A stretch of 64,000 nt of DNA from assembly GCA_013239625.1 (NCBI GenBank), contig MU055928.1, forward strand, positions 30,603,118 to 30,667,117, written 5' to 3'. Positions within the stretch are counted from its first letter, which is position 1; the number at the start of each line of letters is the position of its first letter. Shown here in pieces: positions 37,721 to 52,288 of this stretch. The notes beneath the pieces were generated by a model. It was not told where the DNA came from, did not search any database, and saw only the letters and a list, made by a program, of their open reading frames with translations. A program made the position numbers and the translations under genes. Origin of the DNA: Lama guanicoe (lineage: Eukaryota).

Positions 37721-38359
37721 GAGCGTTTGTTCCAATGCACCAGGGATCCGGACTCTCCCAGGAAATGGGGACACACAGAGGCCAAAGGGCTCACCTGGGC
37801 TCACCCTGAGGAACAGGGCACTCCTAGCCCTGCCACTTCTCCACAGACGCGTAGCCCCCCGTTTCTGTCTGCAGAGAGGCTTGTCTCTCTGGGAGAGGTC
37901 TGGGTGCCCCCACTGCAGAACCTCAGGCATGCACTGGCTTGTCACGCTCGGGTGGAAGGAAAGGATCATCTTTTCAGCTCTTCCATGTGCCAGGCACTGT
38001 TCTGGGGCAAGGCTTTGTGATCTTGACCAACTGTCTTAGAAGATGAGATCAGCCCCCCATTTTTTAGATGTGGACACTGCAGTAAAATAACAGGTGCTCA
38101 TTCACAGAGCTCTGGGACCTGAACTCAAATCTCCTGAGTCCCAGCCCTCTCTAGACCACAGCTGCCTTCTTGATTTTGATCTTCTTTACTTTTTTTTTTT
38201 AATATTGATCTTCTCTTTATTTCTCCAGAAGAGAAGGGGAAAAAGAGAGGAAGGAAAAGAAGAAGGGAGGGAGGGAGGGAGAAGAGAAACAGAGAGAGAG
38301 AGAGAAGCGAGCTTCCAGCTACAAACCAGTCTAAGTCATGACCCAAATTTTCCACCACA

Positions 38360-38560
38360 AGCTGAATAAAACTCCGAAATTTCAACAGAATTGGCCCTTT
38401 TGTCAAAAGAGCTGAACTTGTGTGTACGTGCAGGGGGCTGGGTGGCTGGCCTAGAGGGGATGGGCACGGAGATGTTGGTTCTCTGAACCAATATTTGTTG
38501 TTTTCAAATGTTGCCTCATTTACAAAGAAGCAGAGCAAACAAAGAGCTTCTGTCTGCTTG
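38360..38560 (-). promoter_or_regulatory. TF liver enhancer about 3.5 kb upstream
   Basis: Minus strand GCTCTTTGTTTGCTCTGC...CAACATTTGAAAACAACAAATATTGGTTCAGAG...CCTGCACGTACACACAAG resembles the recalled human TF enhancer; FOXA site TGTTTGC 38541-38535; HIF site TACGTGC 38425-38431. Confidence 0.8.
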
Positions 38561-38807
38561 AACCAGCCCCTCCTCCCCCTTCCCCTCGCTGCTCTCTGCC
38601 CAGCACCAGGGCTTCGCTTCTGAAAGACCTGCCTCGGGGTCATCGGGAAGGCAGGAAGGTGGGATCCGGCAGCCTGGGAACTGTGCTCAGAGACTGTGTT
38701 TATCCTGCAGACCTGCCGGCTCAGGGATGAGTGCCGAGATAGTTGGGAACCAACAGCAGAGTCCTTTTAGGAAAGTGTCAGGTAACTTGAAATGCCACAC
38801 ACCACCA

Positions 38808-38835
38808 CCTCTCTCTCTCTCTCTCTCTCTCTCTC
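38808..38835. repeat. (CT)n microsatellite
   Basis: CT run seen directly. Confidence 0.9.
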
Positions 38836-38929
38836 ACTTCTGGCCCTCAGAATTCCCTGAACAATGAACGATTCTTGTGGTTCCTTTCTTTCTCTGTAAA
38901 AATAGTCCATAAAAATACCCTTTTCATGA

Positions 38930-40090
38930 AGAATAGTCCAGAGCCAGATAGCTTCACTGATGAATTCTACCAAACATTTAAGAAGAATTAAAACAATCTT
39001 ACACACACTGTAATAGGAAAAGAAGGAACACTCCTTGACTAAGTTTTTGAGGCCAGTAAGTATAGTTTGAAAGCAAAAACCATCAAGATTATCATGACAA
39101 AGATTAAAAAAAATACATTTTGTCAACATAGATGCAAAAATCCTAAGCAAAATATTAGCAAATTGAATCCAGCAATATCTAAAAAGAATACTAAATCATT
39201 ACCAAGTTGAATTTATTCCAGGAATATTAGTTATCTTTTAAAAAATAAATCTATCAGTGTAATTGATCACATTAACAGGATAAAGGAGAAAAATTATATG
39301 AACTTATCAGTGGATAGAGGAACAGCATTTGGTAAAATCCAATAACCATTTATTTAAAAACTCTCTTAGCAAACTTATTCTAGGAAATTTGCTTAATCTG
39401 ATAAAGTGTATGTATGTGTGTGTGTGAAACATGTACATTAGAAATTTATATATGCAATCATATTTAGTTGTGAAATGGTCAATGAAAGCTTTCCCTTTGA
39501 GGTTGAGCAAAAAGATCAGATGGTCTACTATTATAATTTCTATTCAACATTTTCACTTGCAGTCCTTGCCAGTCTGGTCAGGTACGAAAATGACATAATA
39601 AATAAAAGGATTGACAAGGGAAAAATAAAACTTCTACTTTCACAGATGATATGATAGTAAACGTATAAAATTCTAAAGAAACAAGGTTAAATATTAGAAA
39701 AATAAATGAGTTAGGCAGTATTGCTGGATACAAGGTAAATGCACAAAAATCAATTATAATTCTATATTCAAAATGAAAAAACATGAAAATGCTATTTAAA
39801 AGAGTGTAAGAATAACTAATGTTAAGAAACAAGTCTACCAAAAGATGTCTAAAATTTTTACACTTCAAATTATAAAATATTGCTCAGAAAAATTAAAGAA
39901 ACTATATATTAATGAAGGGCTATACCCAGAAAGTGGAGTGGTGGCCCAATGCTAGAAGATGTCAGTTCTTCCCAGATTAATACACAGGTTCAATGCACTC
40001 ACAATGTAACTCCCAATAAGTGTTTTATATTTTCTGGTGGGAATCGACAATGTAATTCCAAAGTGTATGTGGAAATGCAAAAGACCTTAC
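38930..40090 (+). mobile_element. Degraded L1 ORF2 fragment
   Basis: ccagatagcttcactgatgaattctaccaaacatttaag; aacatagatgcaaaaatcctaagcaaaatattagcaaattgaatccagc; ttcacagatgatatgatag (FADD-like). Confidence 0.8.
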
Positions 40091-41519
40091 ATAGATATTT
40101 GGTTGGTTGTGTGGGTTGTAGCATACCAAGAACAGAATGTATTTTATTTTTCCTGAACTTTTCTGTCTAACTCTAAGTACTGACATCTAAAATATAATTG
40201 CTTTGTCTATCCAATTCAGGTGTTCATTATCAGTAAAATTATCTAAGTCCTTCCTATAGCTTGATACTGGACTGTTAGTATGAGTGAAAATTATTAATAG
40301 TCTACTAAATAAGTATTTGTAGACCTATATCCACCACAATTGTTATATAGTTCTAATGTTTATTCCAATGTTTCCACATTAAGAAGTAAATTAACCTCTT
40401 GACTAGCTATAGTTTAAGTTATATTTCAGATTTCTCTCCTCTTCCCCCTTCTTTTACATATACATGAAAAATTTCAGATATACACAGAAGTAGAGAAAAT
40501 TATGAAATAAACTCACATGCACATCTTACTCAACTTCAGCAATTGTCAATATTTTGCCAACCTTCTATCATCCATCCACCCACTTCTTTTTTTCCTGGAA
40601 TAACAGATGCCATATTATTTCTTCCTCAAAAGTATGCATCTCTAACAGCTCAGCAGTTTTTTTTAATGTATGACCATACTGCATTTATTACACTTGTCAA
40701 AATGAACAGTTATTCACTATTACCATCCAAGTCAATTTCCCTGGTTGTCTAAAAAATCTTTTTGATACCTTGTTCAAATTAAAGACTAAAAAAAGATCCA
40801 GGTGTTGAATTGGTGATGTCTCTTAAATCTCTTTTACTCTAAAACAGCCCTCCTAACCTTCTATGCTACTTACTCATTGAAGAAACTGCATCATTTTCTC
40901 CTTTCCAAGATTCTGGATTTGGCTGATGTGGACCCTTACGGTGTGATTTGACATGCTATTTTTTATTTAGCGGAATTTTGTAGAAAGTCTCTCAGTTTGA
41001 GTTTGTGTGAAATTGCCTCATGATTTGACTCAGCGTGTGCATTTCTGGCAGCAACATCACAGAAATGATGCTGCGTTCTTCTCAGGGTGTTGCATTAGAA
41101 GGAGCGCAATAGTAACGCATCCCATTATCACTTCTGTTACCTCTGCTTGGTCAAGGTGGTATCTGACAGGTTTCCACACTGTAAATTTCCCTTTGTAATT
41201 AATGAGCAGTTTGTAGGGAGGTATTTTGAGACTACTTAATATTTTTTTCCTCATCAGAGTTTCATCCCCCCGTTTTAGCATTCATTGATGGTTCTGGCCT
41301 GAATCAATTATTACCATATTGGTTGCCAAGTAGTGATTTTCTGATTATATCATTCCTTGTATATTTATCAATTGACATTGTAAAGTAAATGAGTGTTTCT
41401 CTTCTCTATTTAATTTTTTATTTCCTTTTGTTTGTTTTTATCAGCATGGATGTAAGGGTTTCTTTTTTACTCAGTGGGTTATATATAATACTCTACTGCC
41501 ATTCCTTTCTTCCCATTAT

Positions 41520-44500
41520 TTATTGTGCTAAAATATACATAACATGAAGTTTATCATCTTAACTATTTTTGAGTGTACAGTTCAGTGGTATTAAATATAT
41601 TCATATTGTGCAAACTGTCACCGTCATCCATCTCCGGAATTCTTCAAGCTATGAAATTGAAACTCTGTAACAATAATTCAGTAATAAAACAGTAAACAAT
41701 AATTCCTCATTTTCCCCTACTGCCAGACCCTGGCAATCACCCCTTTACTGTCTGTCTCTATGATTTTTGATTACTCTGAGTACTTCATTTAAGTGGAATC
41801 ATACAATATTTGCCTTTTGTGATTGACTTACTTCACTTACTGTAATGTCTTAGCTTCTTCCATGCTGTAGCATATGTCAATAATTTCCTTCCTTTTAAAA
41901 GCTGAATAATAAAAATATTCCATTGTATGTATAGATCGTATTTGCTTATCCATTCATCTAAGAATGGATGCTTGGGTGGCTTCCACATTTTAGCTATTGC
42001 AAATAGTACTTCTATAAACATGGGTGTGTAAATATCTCTACGAGACCCTGCTTTCAATTCTTTTGGGTATATACTCTGAAGTGGAATTTCTGGATCATAA
42101 GATAATTCTCTAATTTTTTTGAGGAAACTCCATACTGTTTTCCACAATGGCTGTACCATTTTACATTCCCACCAGCAGTGGGTTGATTAAGACCAGCAGG
42201 GTTTTAATGTATCCACATCTTTACCAACACTTACTACTTTCTGGTTTTTTGATACTATCATTCCAGTGGATAGGAGATGGTATCTCAATGTAGATTTGAT
42301 TTGCACTTCCCTAATTATTAGTGATGTTGAGCATCTTTTCATGTGCCTATTGACCATTCATATAATTTCTTTTCAGAAAAATTCTATTCAAGTCCTTTGC
42401 CCATTTTTGAATTGGTTGTTTATTTTTCTGTAGCTGAGTTTTAGGAGTTTTCTATTTATTTTGGATATTAGTCCTGTGTCAGTTATCTGATATGCAAATA
42501 TTTTTCTCCCATCCTATGGGTTANNNNNNNNNNNNNNNNNNNNNNNNNNNNNNNNNNNNNNNNNNNNNNNNNNNNNNNNNNNNNNNNNNNNNNNNNNNNN
42601 NNNNNNNNNNNNNNNNNNNNNNNNNNNNNNNNNNNNNNNNNNNNNNNNNNNNNNNGAAGCCTCTGCCCTATGATTTCTCCTAAGCATTTTATACTTTTAG
42701 GGCTTAAATTTAGGTCTTTCAATAATTTTGAGGTAATTTTCATATGGTATTAGGTGTGAATCCAACTTCATTCTTTTGCATGTTTATATCCAGTTTTCTT
42801 AGCACAGTTTGTTGAAAAGACTGTCCTGTTACCCACTGAATAACTTGGGCTCCCTTTGGAAAATCATTTGACCATATATGCCAGTGTTTATTTCTGGCCT
42901 TTCCATCCTATGCCTTTGGTCTATATGTCTGTCTGTGTGCCAGTGCCATGCTCTTTTGATATCTGTAACATAGAATGTTATGTTTGTTGGTATGTTTTGA
43001 AATCAGAAAATGTGAGTCCTCCAGCTTTTTCTTATTCAAGGGGGTTTTGGCCATTCAGGATCACTTGAGATTCCATATGCATTTTAGGATTTTTTTTTAT
43101 TTCTTAGAAAATGTCATTGGAATTTTGATAGGGATTGCGTTTAATTGGTAGATTGTTCGGGGTAGTATCAACATCATAACAATGTTAAGCCTTCTAATCC
43201 ATAAGCATGGAATGTCTTTACATTTATTTTATGTCTTCTTTAACTTCTTTTAGTAGTGTTTTGTAGTTTCATTGTGCAAGTCTTTCACCTCTTTGGTCAA
43301 GATAATTCTAAGCATCTTTTTGAAACTATCATGAATTGGTTTTCTTAAATTCCTTTTTGGCTTGCTCCTTGTTATATAGAAAAGCAGCTGAGAGGGGGAG
43401 GGTATAGCTCAGTGGTAGAGCATTAAAATGAATAAATAAACCTAATTACCTCCCCCCAAACAAACAAAAACAAACAAAAACATTTTTTAAAAAGAAAAGC
43501 AACTCATTTTTGTGGGTTGATTTTGTATCCAGCTACTTTGCTAAATTTATTAATTAGTTCTAACACTTTTTTTGGTAGAATCATTAGGGTTTTCTACATA
43601 AAAAATTCTATCTGCCAGCAGAGATAATTCTACTTTTTCCTTTCCAGTTTGGATGCCTTTATTTTTATTTCTCTGGTTGGAACTTCTATTACTGTGTTGA
43701 ACGAAAGTTGTGAAAATAAGCATCCTTGCCTTGTTCGTGATCTTAGAGGAAAAGCCATCAGTCTTTCACTGTTGAGTATGATTTCTGCTGTGGGTTTTTC
43801 CATTTATGGCTTTTATTATGTCGAGGTAGTTTCCGTCTATTCCTAGTTTGTTGAGTGATTTTTTTCAATGAAAGACTGTTGGGTTTAGTCAAAAGCTTTT
43901 TCTACTTCAATTTAGATGATTACATGGGGTTTTTCCTTCATTCTGTTAATGTGATGTATTACACTGATCAATTTGCATATGTAGAACTGTCTTTGCATCA
44001 CGGAAATATATCCCAGTTGGTCATGGGGTTGTCTAATTTCACTTGTGATTTCTCCTTTGTTCCATTGGTTGTGTAAGAGTATATTGTTTTACTTCCACAA
44101 AATTGGGAATTTTCCAGTTTTCCTCTTGTTATTGGTTTTAACTTCATTCTGTTGTGGTCAGAAGATAACTCTGTATTCTATCTATCTTTTAAAATCTACT
44201 GAGACTTAATGTGTGGCCTAATATATGTTTATCCTGGAAAATGTCCCATGTGCACTTGAGAAGAACGTATATTCTGTTATTGTTGGGTAGAGTGTTCTGT
44301 ATGTCTGATCCAGTTGGTTTAATGAATTGTTAATGTCCTCTGTTTCCATGCTTACCTTCTATCTGGTTATTCTGTCCATTACTGAGAGTAGAGTATTGAC
44401 ATCTCCAACTATTATTGTACAACTATTTCTCCCTCCAATTCTGCCGATTTTTGCTTCATATATTTTGGTGGTCTATTATTAGGTTTGTAAATGTAATTAT

Positions 44501-47030
44501 TATATATTTTTGCTGTATTGAAACCTTTATTAATGCATAATGTCCTTCTTTATCTCTTTAAAGCTTTTAAATTTAAAGTCTATTTTGTCGAATATTATTA
44601 TAGCCAACACTGTTCTCTTTTGGCTACTATTTGCATGGAATATTTTCTTCCACCATTTCACATTCAATCTATTTGTGTCTTTGGACCAAAGTAAGTCTCT
44701 TGTAGACAGTGTATTATTGGATNNNNNNNNNNNNNNNNNNNNNNNNNNNNNNNNNNNNNNNNNNNNNNNNNNNNNNNNNNNNNNNNNNNNNNNNNNNNNN
44801 NNNNNNNNNNNNNNNNNNNNNNNNNNNNNNNNNNNNNNNNNNNNNNNNNNNNNNNNNNNNNNNNNNNNNNNNTCCAGCATTCCTGTCTTCTCCTGTGTTT
44901 AGTTGATTCTTTTGGTAGTGAAACATTTTAATTTTCCTCTCATTTCCTTGTGTGTATTCTGAGCTATTTTCCTTGTGCTCACTATGGAAATTACATCCCA
45001 AAGTTATAACACTCTAATTTGAATTTATGCCATCTTAACTTGAATAACACACAAAAATGCTTCTTTACAGCTCCACTCCCCACCCCTTTCAGTTGTTTGA
45101 TGTCATAAAATTACATCTTTACACATTGTGTCTGAAAACACAAACTAATAATTTTTTATGCATTGGTCTCTTATATATGTAGAAAACAATATGTAGAGTT
45201 GCACCCGAGTATTGTTACAATAATACTAGCTTTTATAATCCCTCGTGTATTTTCCTTTACTGTGATTTTTATTTCTGCAGAAGGCTTCAAGTTGTTGTCT
45301 AGTGTCCTTTGATTTCAACCTGCAGGACTCCTTTTAGTGTTTCTTGCAGGGCAGTTCTAGTGGTAACAAATTNNNNNNNNNNNNNNNNNNNNNNNNNNNN
45401 NNNNNNNNNNNNNNNNNNNNNNNNNNNNNNNNNNNNNNNNNNNNNNNNNNNNNNNNNNNNNNNNNNNNNNNNNNNNNNNNNNNNNNNNNNNNNNNNNNNN
45501 NNNNNNNNNCACAGCCTTCGGACCACCAAAGGTTTTGAAGAGGACTCTGTTATAATCTTATTGAAGATCCCTTGTATGTCAAGAGTTGCTTCTCCCTTTC
45601 TGCATTTAAAGTCATCTTTTTGTCTTTGGCTTTTGACAGTTTGGTTAAAACATGTCTCAGAGTACGTCCTGAGTTCATCTTACTTGGTGTTCGGTGAGCT
45701 TTTTGGAGTTACATTCATGTCTTTCATCAAATCTAGGAACCTTTTGACCATTATTTCCTCAGATATTCTCTCCGCTGCTTTCTCTTGTCCTTCTGGGACT
45801 CCCACAGTGCATATGTTATTCTGCATTATGGTGACTCATAGTTCCCTTATTCTTTGTTCACTTTTTCTCCATATGTTTTCCTTTTTATTCCTCAACTCAA
45901 TTATTTTAATTGTCCCATCTTTCAGTGCACTGATTCTTCTGCTTGTTGAAATACGCCTTTGAGTCCCCTCTATTGAATTTTTATTTTAGTTATTGTACTT
46001 TTTAGCTTCAGAATTTCTTTTAGGTTTCTTTTTAAATTTTCTATCTCATTATTGGTATTTCCATTTTGTTTATACATTTTTTTTTCAGCTTTTCCACATC
46101 GCCTTTTAGTTCTCTGAACACTTTTAAAACAGTTCTTTTAAAGTTGTTATCCTGTAGATCCATCATGAGGTCTTTTTCAGGACTAGTTCCTGTTTTGTTT
46201 TTTACCTCCCATTGAATGGGCCATACTATTTCTTTGTATTCTTTGTGTTTGTGTTGTTATGAAAACTGGAGATTTGAATCTNNNNNNNNNNNNNNNNNNN
46301 NNNNNNNNNNNNNNNNNNNNNNNNNNNNNNNNNNNNNNNNNNNNNNNNNNNNNNNNNNNNNNNNNNNNNNNNNNNNNNNNNNNNNNNNNNNNNNNNNNNN
46401 NNNNNNNNNNNNTCTTTTGATATATTTTTGATCCTGCTCCTTCCCCTGGGTATGCACAATGACTTTCTAATTTCTTCTGAATATGTACTTGCTTTTGAAT
46501 ACCCTAGTCTTAAAGGTCTGGTTCTCAAAAGGGAGAAAGACAGAAAAATGAAGGGGGAGAGGGTAAAAAGGTGTCAGTCCTTTAAATCCTCTGGAAGTCT
46601 CTTGGAGGAGGAAGATCTTGCAACAAAGAGGGGAAGGGCAATAACAATGACTTCCCTCCTCTGTATCTGCACTTCCATGTTCAGAAGCAATCAATGACCG
46701 TAACACGATCCCCAATATTTGCACGACAGAATCCTTATTGCCCACCCTGGATTCACAAGCTATGTGCAAGCTGCTCCTGGAATACATGCGCAGCTACCTG
46801 ACATGAGGCAGGGAGGAGGGGGATGGGTAGCCACTGCCAAGCTAAGAACTGAGATTGACTGAAATTAATGGCAATTTACCCTTTAAGCCTTCGCCTAGAA
46901 GTTGGAGGCTTTTAATAGACTCCAAAGTTCAAAAATACTTATATTAAACAGATTCAACCGCTGTAATTATTGTCTGGGTAGGAAGACGAATTCTTGGTGC
47001 TTTATACTCTGCTATCTTCCAGGAATCCTC
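41520..47030 (-). mobile_element. Long L1 (ORF1 remnant, ORF2 endonuclease to C-terminus, 3' UTR) inserted into an older L1
   Basis: Minus-strand remnants VQPLWKTVWSFLKK, WKKIFHANSSQKRTVLAIIIFDKIDFK and FVTTRTALQETLKGVL; flanked by ttcttccc(a/t)ttatt-like duplications. Confidence 0.85.
43390..43492 (+). mobile_element. tRNA-derived Vic-1-like SINE, internally deleted
   Basis: ggggagggtatagctcagtggtagagc...aaacctaattacctcccc plus A-rich tail; TSD agaaaagc(a)gct / agaaaagcaact at 43378-43389 and 43493-43504. Confidence 0.8.
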
Positions 47031-48389
47031 TTCTTCCCTTATTTTGATGATCAGATTGTTGTCCTTCAGGCTCGCGCCTGCTATTTTTCACAAGCCCAAT
47101 AATTTTTTAAGCACTTCACTTTTTGGTAGAATAAGACATTCAGGCTTACCTCATAGTGTCTCTATCTCAGCTCTTGTAATCTCTGTTTCTGGAATCTCAT
47201 TTCTCTAAGAAACTTTATCCTTTTAGCACAGAATCGTATTTAGGAAACAAAACGAGGGTGCTAGGTGTGGTCACTGCTTTGGAGATAAACTGATAGTAGG
47301 ACCTCCCAAGAGACAGATATATAGATATTGATACAGATCTCCATAATAACACACACCTCTATCCATTTCCGTCTCTTTCTCTCTCCAACCATGAGTTCAC
47401 ACTGATTCCTCCAATTCCAGCTGAACACCACAGCAAATCTAGTTTTCTTTCTCCTCATATTTGCAACTCCCTTCTCTCTGACAGTGAGAAAGCTGGATCC
47501 CAATATTCTCAGTATCTTTAACTATTTGCTCCTTTCCTCTGTGTATAATCAATCTCCTGATCCTCCAGCTGCCCTTGGCCCCAGTCTCTCAGGCTCCACT
47601 GCCCCTGGCCACCTCAAGGAAAAGGAGGAGAACAAATAACTATTTTTAACTGAAGAAAAGAACAGAAAAGGGAAGGAAAGAGAACAAAGCAGGGAAAAGG
47701 AAAAGAAAGAGGAGCCTTTTTACCTGTCTCCACAGTCACACAGTATACTGTGAAGGGCTGAGCAGGATCGTGTGCAGAATGAGGAATTACTGAATAGAGG
47801 ATGGTCAGCATTTTTCACCATTGAACAAACCTCTGGGCTCCTTTCCCTCAACTCAGTCATTCTTCTAGAATGTAATGGTAGAGACTAGAGCCTATCTGTC
47901 CTTGTTTCAAAAGCCAGAGATTTCCATTCTGCAAGCAAAAGAACCTCCTAAGAAAACCCTTTCCTTATCAGTATAATGTTCAACCTAACCCAGCTGCAGC
48001 TGGCCTCTAGGCAAATAGGTACAGAAGCCACTGACCCTGAAGCTGAGTGGACTCTGGAAACTGTCATGTGTAAATAAACAAAAGTCCCTGATCAAAGGCA
48101 GGCATGCAGGAGAATTTGGTCTTCTCGGGTATGCTCTTTGCAGGTCACTTGGACAGGTTTGGCAAAGATGGGGAGGGGTTAGATGTCAGGGCCAGGGGCA
48201 CAGTTTAGAGCCCCATGGCTGGGTTGATTTCAGGCAAAATTGTGAAACAGGCGGCATCTGTCCCGGGATGGAATATCTGTCCAGGGGTCCCTCAGGCCTC
48301 TGCATACTGTTCATGCCTTTTATTCACCTGTCCATTCTTGAGGACAGATACTGGGTGTTGTCTTGCGCAATCTGTGGAATAAAATGCAT

Positions 48390-48560
48390 ATGAAATTGGA
48401 GTCAGAGACTCCTGGGTTTGAATCGTAGGCCACTTAAAAGCTACATGATGCTGGACAATTTACTAATCTATTCCTAGCATCTGCTTTCTCTTTAGTAATA
48501 GGAATATGGTTACCTACCTCCTCGGGTCATTTTGAAGATTACTCACAGTGCTATTAAAGG
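48390..48560 (+). mobile_element. MIR fragment
   Basis: tggagtcagagactcctgggtttgaatc...ctacatgatgctggacaatttactaatc. Confidence 0.6.
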
Positions 48561-50339
48561 ACTAGTCCTGCCTGACAGGTAGCAGTCACCAACAGATGGC
48601 AGTGACTATCATTATTACAGAACGGCCAGCCCAGGCTAAGTAATCACATTCAGTGAATGAATGAAGTGGCCCCACGTAATTTCTTTATGGCCTCTTCCAT
48701 TGCTAGTGGGCCCTTGAGCAAAACACACCCTGAAAGAGCATCTAGCACAATGATCTTGTTTTACAGACAGAAAAACTGAGGCCCAGCCAGAGGACATAAC
48801 TGGTAGGGTGCCCAGCAAAGTAGACAAAGCTAGAACTAGGACTTTGGGCTCAGCATCCTGAGCTATCCCCACCACCCTGTGACACACTTTCTTGGAAGGT
48901 ATCATTCACATTGTCTTCTAAGATCATTTAGGGATTTCACTTCCCATTGCTCTTTTACCAAGAGAATCCAAGTCCTGGGATCTTCCGGTGGGCCCATGAG
49001 GAGGGGCTGGTTAAGCTGAGCAGAGTCTAGTGCTCTTGGGGTAAAACAAACAGGTCACAGTTTCCTCTACCGCCCCAACGGCAAACGCCATTGTTTGATG
49101 TCCAGGTTCACCATGGGAAAAGTCTAGCAAAGTCCACCTCGCTTCTCAGCTGTTCCAAAGTAAACCTCTGACCTACACAGATTTGTATTCAATTGGTGTC
49201 AGCTCTTGGTTTCCACAGTTGAATTATCTCACCCTTTTAGTTGCCCTAAATGTTCCGCAGATAGGCCTTTCACATAAATATATGAAAGGTGTCTGTATAT
49301 GCAAGAAGACCTGTTAGCCCCAGAGGGTAGCATTGACCTGAAAATAGATTAAGTAGCTTCTTAATCTAAACTCCTTCACCCCAAGGGAAGGTGATGTGAG
49401 CTTGCAGAGGAATCACTGGCCTGGAGCTATGAATACACAAAAATTGTACATCAAGGGGTGCGCATGCGTGTGTGTGTTACTAGGGTGAGTCTCAGGATTT
49501 TATTAATCCTCAAAGGGGCCCATTAGTACCCCCAACATGTTGAAATACTAAACATTAATGACCTACCTTAGTCTTCTTTCTAAGTCTTAGAATTGGGAGG
49601 AAGTGAAGGTAGGGTACTTGATGGCTCTTTTCTATTGCCAGGGAAAAGTTCTTGGTGGACCAGGAACTTCAGGCTTCTGCCTCAGGTTTGTGCCACTCAA
49701 GACTGCAAGGGTGGCTCTCCTGGTGGGGAAACTGGTGGCAGAAACTCAAGTCCCTCAGAGGCAACAGTCTCTGAGGCTTTGGGCAGCAGTGCCTGAGAAC
49801 TCTGTAGCAGGTCAAACTCTAGAAGAGAGTCTGCCTAGAAGCCCCGGTGTCAAGCATAAGCCTGTAGCTCCCTAGGGGCGTCCTGCAGGGAGATAACCTA
49901 GGACTGGACGTGAAGACACCTTTCCCAAGAAGGACCTAAATGATCTGGAGCAATTTGGTGCAAGAGACATTGGTGGAAGTGGAGTCAACTTTGTGTAGGA
50001 AAGGGACAAGGAGGATGAAGTAAAAAAAAAAAGGTTTAGACCAAAGCAGACAAAGGAATAAAACCAAGAAACCCAAGAAAGCAAGCTACTATGTTTTTGA
50101 ATAAATCACAAAACAACAGAAGAGAGGGCTCTGTAAAGTAAGAAACTCTTTCCTGAAAATAACCTTATTCTAAAAGCTCAAATTGCACCTTGAATTGAGT
50201 AATAGACAGTACCATGGTCAAATACTATACAAAGTTATTACAAAAAATAATAAATCAGGAGAAAAATCACATCCCTACAGACAAGGAAAGCATGCCAGAA
50301 AGAGGTACCCACAAAATATCCAAACTCTGTAACCTACAC

Positions 50340-52255
50340 AAAAATGTGGAGAGAGCCACAAACAGTAAAGACGTGGGTAAATATTAAAGATTTTTGTTTT
50401 TCATTTTTAAATTTCTTTAAAAGATAATAGATGGCAGGATGTAAAAATAATAAAAATACATTGTGGAGTTTCTAACATATGTAGCAGTAGAACGTATGGT
50501 AATGCGAGCACAAAAGACAGAAAAGGGATACCAGTGGGTAGTGCAGCCAACTTGCATCGACACGCAAAAGCTGTGTGTATCTCTTCTCAACTCTGAACTC
50601 ATTGACGCCCCTTTGGTAGCTTGAGATCATCCACGGCCAGAGTATTTACTCCATGAAACTAGCAAATGATGCAAATCAAGGCCTTTTTTAACTTGAAGGT
50701 CTAGTTGTTAAATGTTTATCTGCACATCACTGGGGAAAGTGGAGCTGTACTATATAGGATCTTATGTATCACAAAGCAATATAGCATTATTTGATGCTAG
50801 TATTAAGCTAAAGATTTAGATTATAAAACTCAGAGAAGACATTGAAAAATAAAAGAATAGCTAATAAGCCAATAGAGAAGATAAAATAAAATACTAAAAA
50901 CTATTCAATTAATCCAATAGGAGACAGAAAAGAGGAAGCAAGGAACAAAGAACAGATGAGATAGACAGAAAACAAATATGAACAATTACATGACATATAA
51001 ATGAACTAAATGCATCATTTAAAAAGGAAGAGAATGTCACACTGAATGAAAAAAGAAGAACTGAACTATATGCTCTTTATAAGAAACCCTCCTTAATATA
51101 AAGAAATAGATTAAAATTAAAAGAATGGAAAACAATACACCAAATACAAACTATCATAAGAAAGGCAGAGTGGACATATTAATAGCCAGTGAAATAGACT
51201 TAAAGAGAAGAAGTATTTCCAGGACACCTGGGGACATTTCAAAATGATAAGGGAGTCAATTCATCAAGAAAGCCTAACATTTTAAACGTGTATGTACCCA
51301 ACAAAGCCTCCACATATAGAAAGCAAAATCTGATCAAACTGGGGGAGAAATGAGCAAATCCATACTTGCAGTTGGAGAGTTCAATCCTCTTCTCTCAGTA
51401 ATTAATGCAAAAAGTAGACAAGAAATGAGTCAAGCAGAGGATTTGAACAATAACTTTAGCCAGCTTGACCTAATTGGTACTTATAGAACTATACTGCTTA
51501 GTAGCGAACTACACCAAACAATTAAGAATACCTATTTTTTTCAAGTATACGTAGAACATCCACCAAGACAGGCCATGTGCTGGGAAAAAAAAAAACCTAA
51601 AAAACCCAAACTCTCAATAAATTTAACAGGATTGAAGTTATACAGAATATATATCCTCTACCCACAAAAAAATTAAATTAGAAATCAATTACAAAATCAT
51701 ATCTGGAAAATCATGACATATTTAGAAATTAAAATAGCTTTTAAATAATGAACAGATTAAAGAAGAAATCTTTGAAAAATTAGAAAAATTTTTACCTCAG
51801 TGATAATGAAAATAAACATATTAAAATTTGTGGGATGCAGCTAAACTACTGCTTAGAGGGAAAATTATTATTTTAAATGTCTATATTAGAGTAAAATGTT
51901 CTAAATATTGATCTAAGGTTGTACCTTAAGAATCTAAGAAGAAAGAAAATTAAATGAAAAATAAGTAGAAGAAAGGAAATAAGATTAAGAGCAGAAAATG
52001 AAACAGAAAATAAACAATAATGAAAATTTTTATAAAGCCAAAAATTCACTCTAAGAAAAGTTCAAGAAAATTGATAAAGGTACAGCTAGACTGATCAAAA
52101 ACAAGAAGCAAGAAAACACAAATGACCAGTATGAAAATGGAAGAAGAAATATCACTACACATCCTATAAATATTAAAAGAAGAATAAAGAAATATTTTGA
52201 TTAATTTTATGGCAAAAATAGACAATTTAAGTGAAACAGACAAATTCCTTGAAAC
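50340..52255 (+). mobile_element. Old L1 ORF2 5' (endonuclease) region
   Basis: Remnants VGEFNPLLSVI and DLNNNFSQLDLIGTYRT; aaaatttgtgggatgcagctaaa motif. Confidence 0.75.
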
Positions 52256-52288
52256 GAAAATTTTGCCACTTTAGATTTTCATTGGTTC

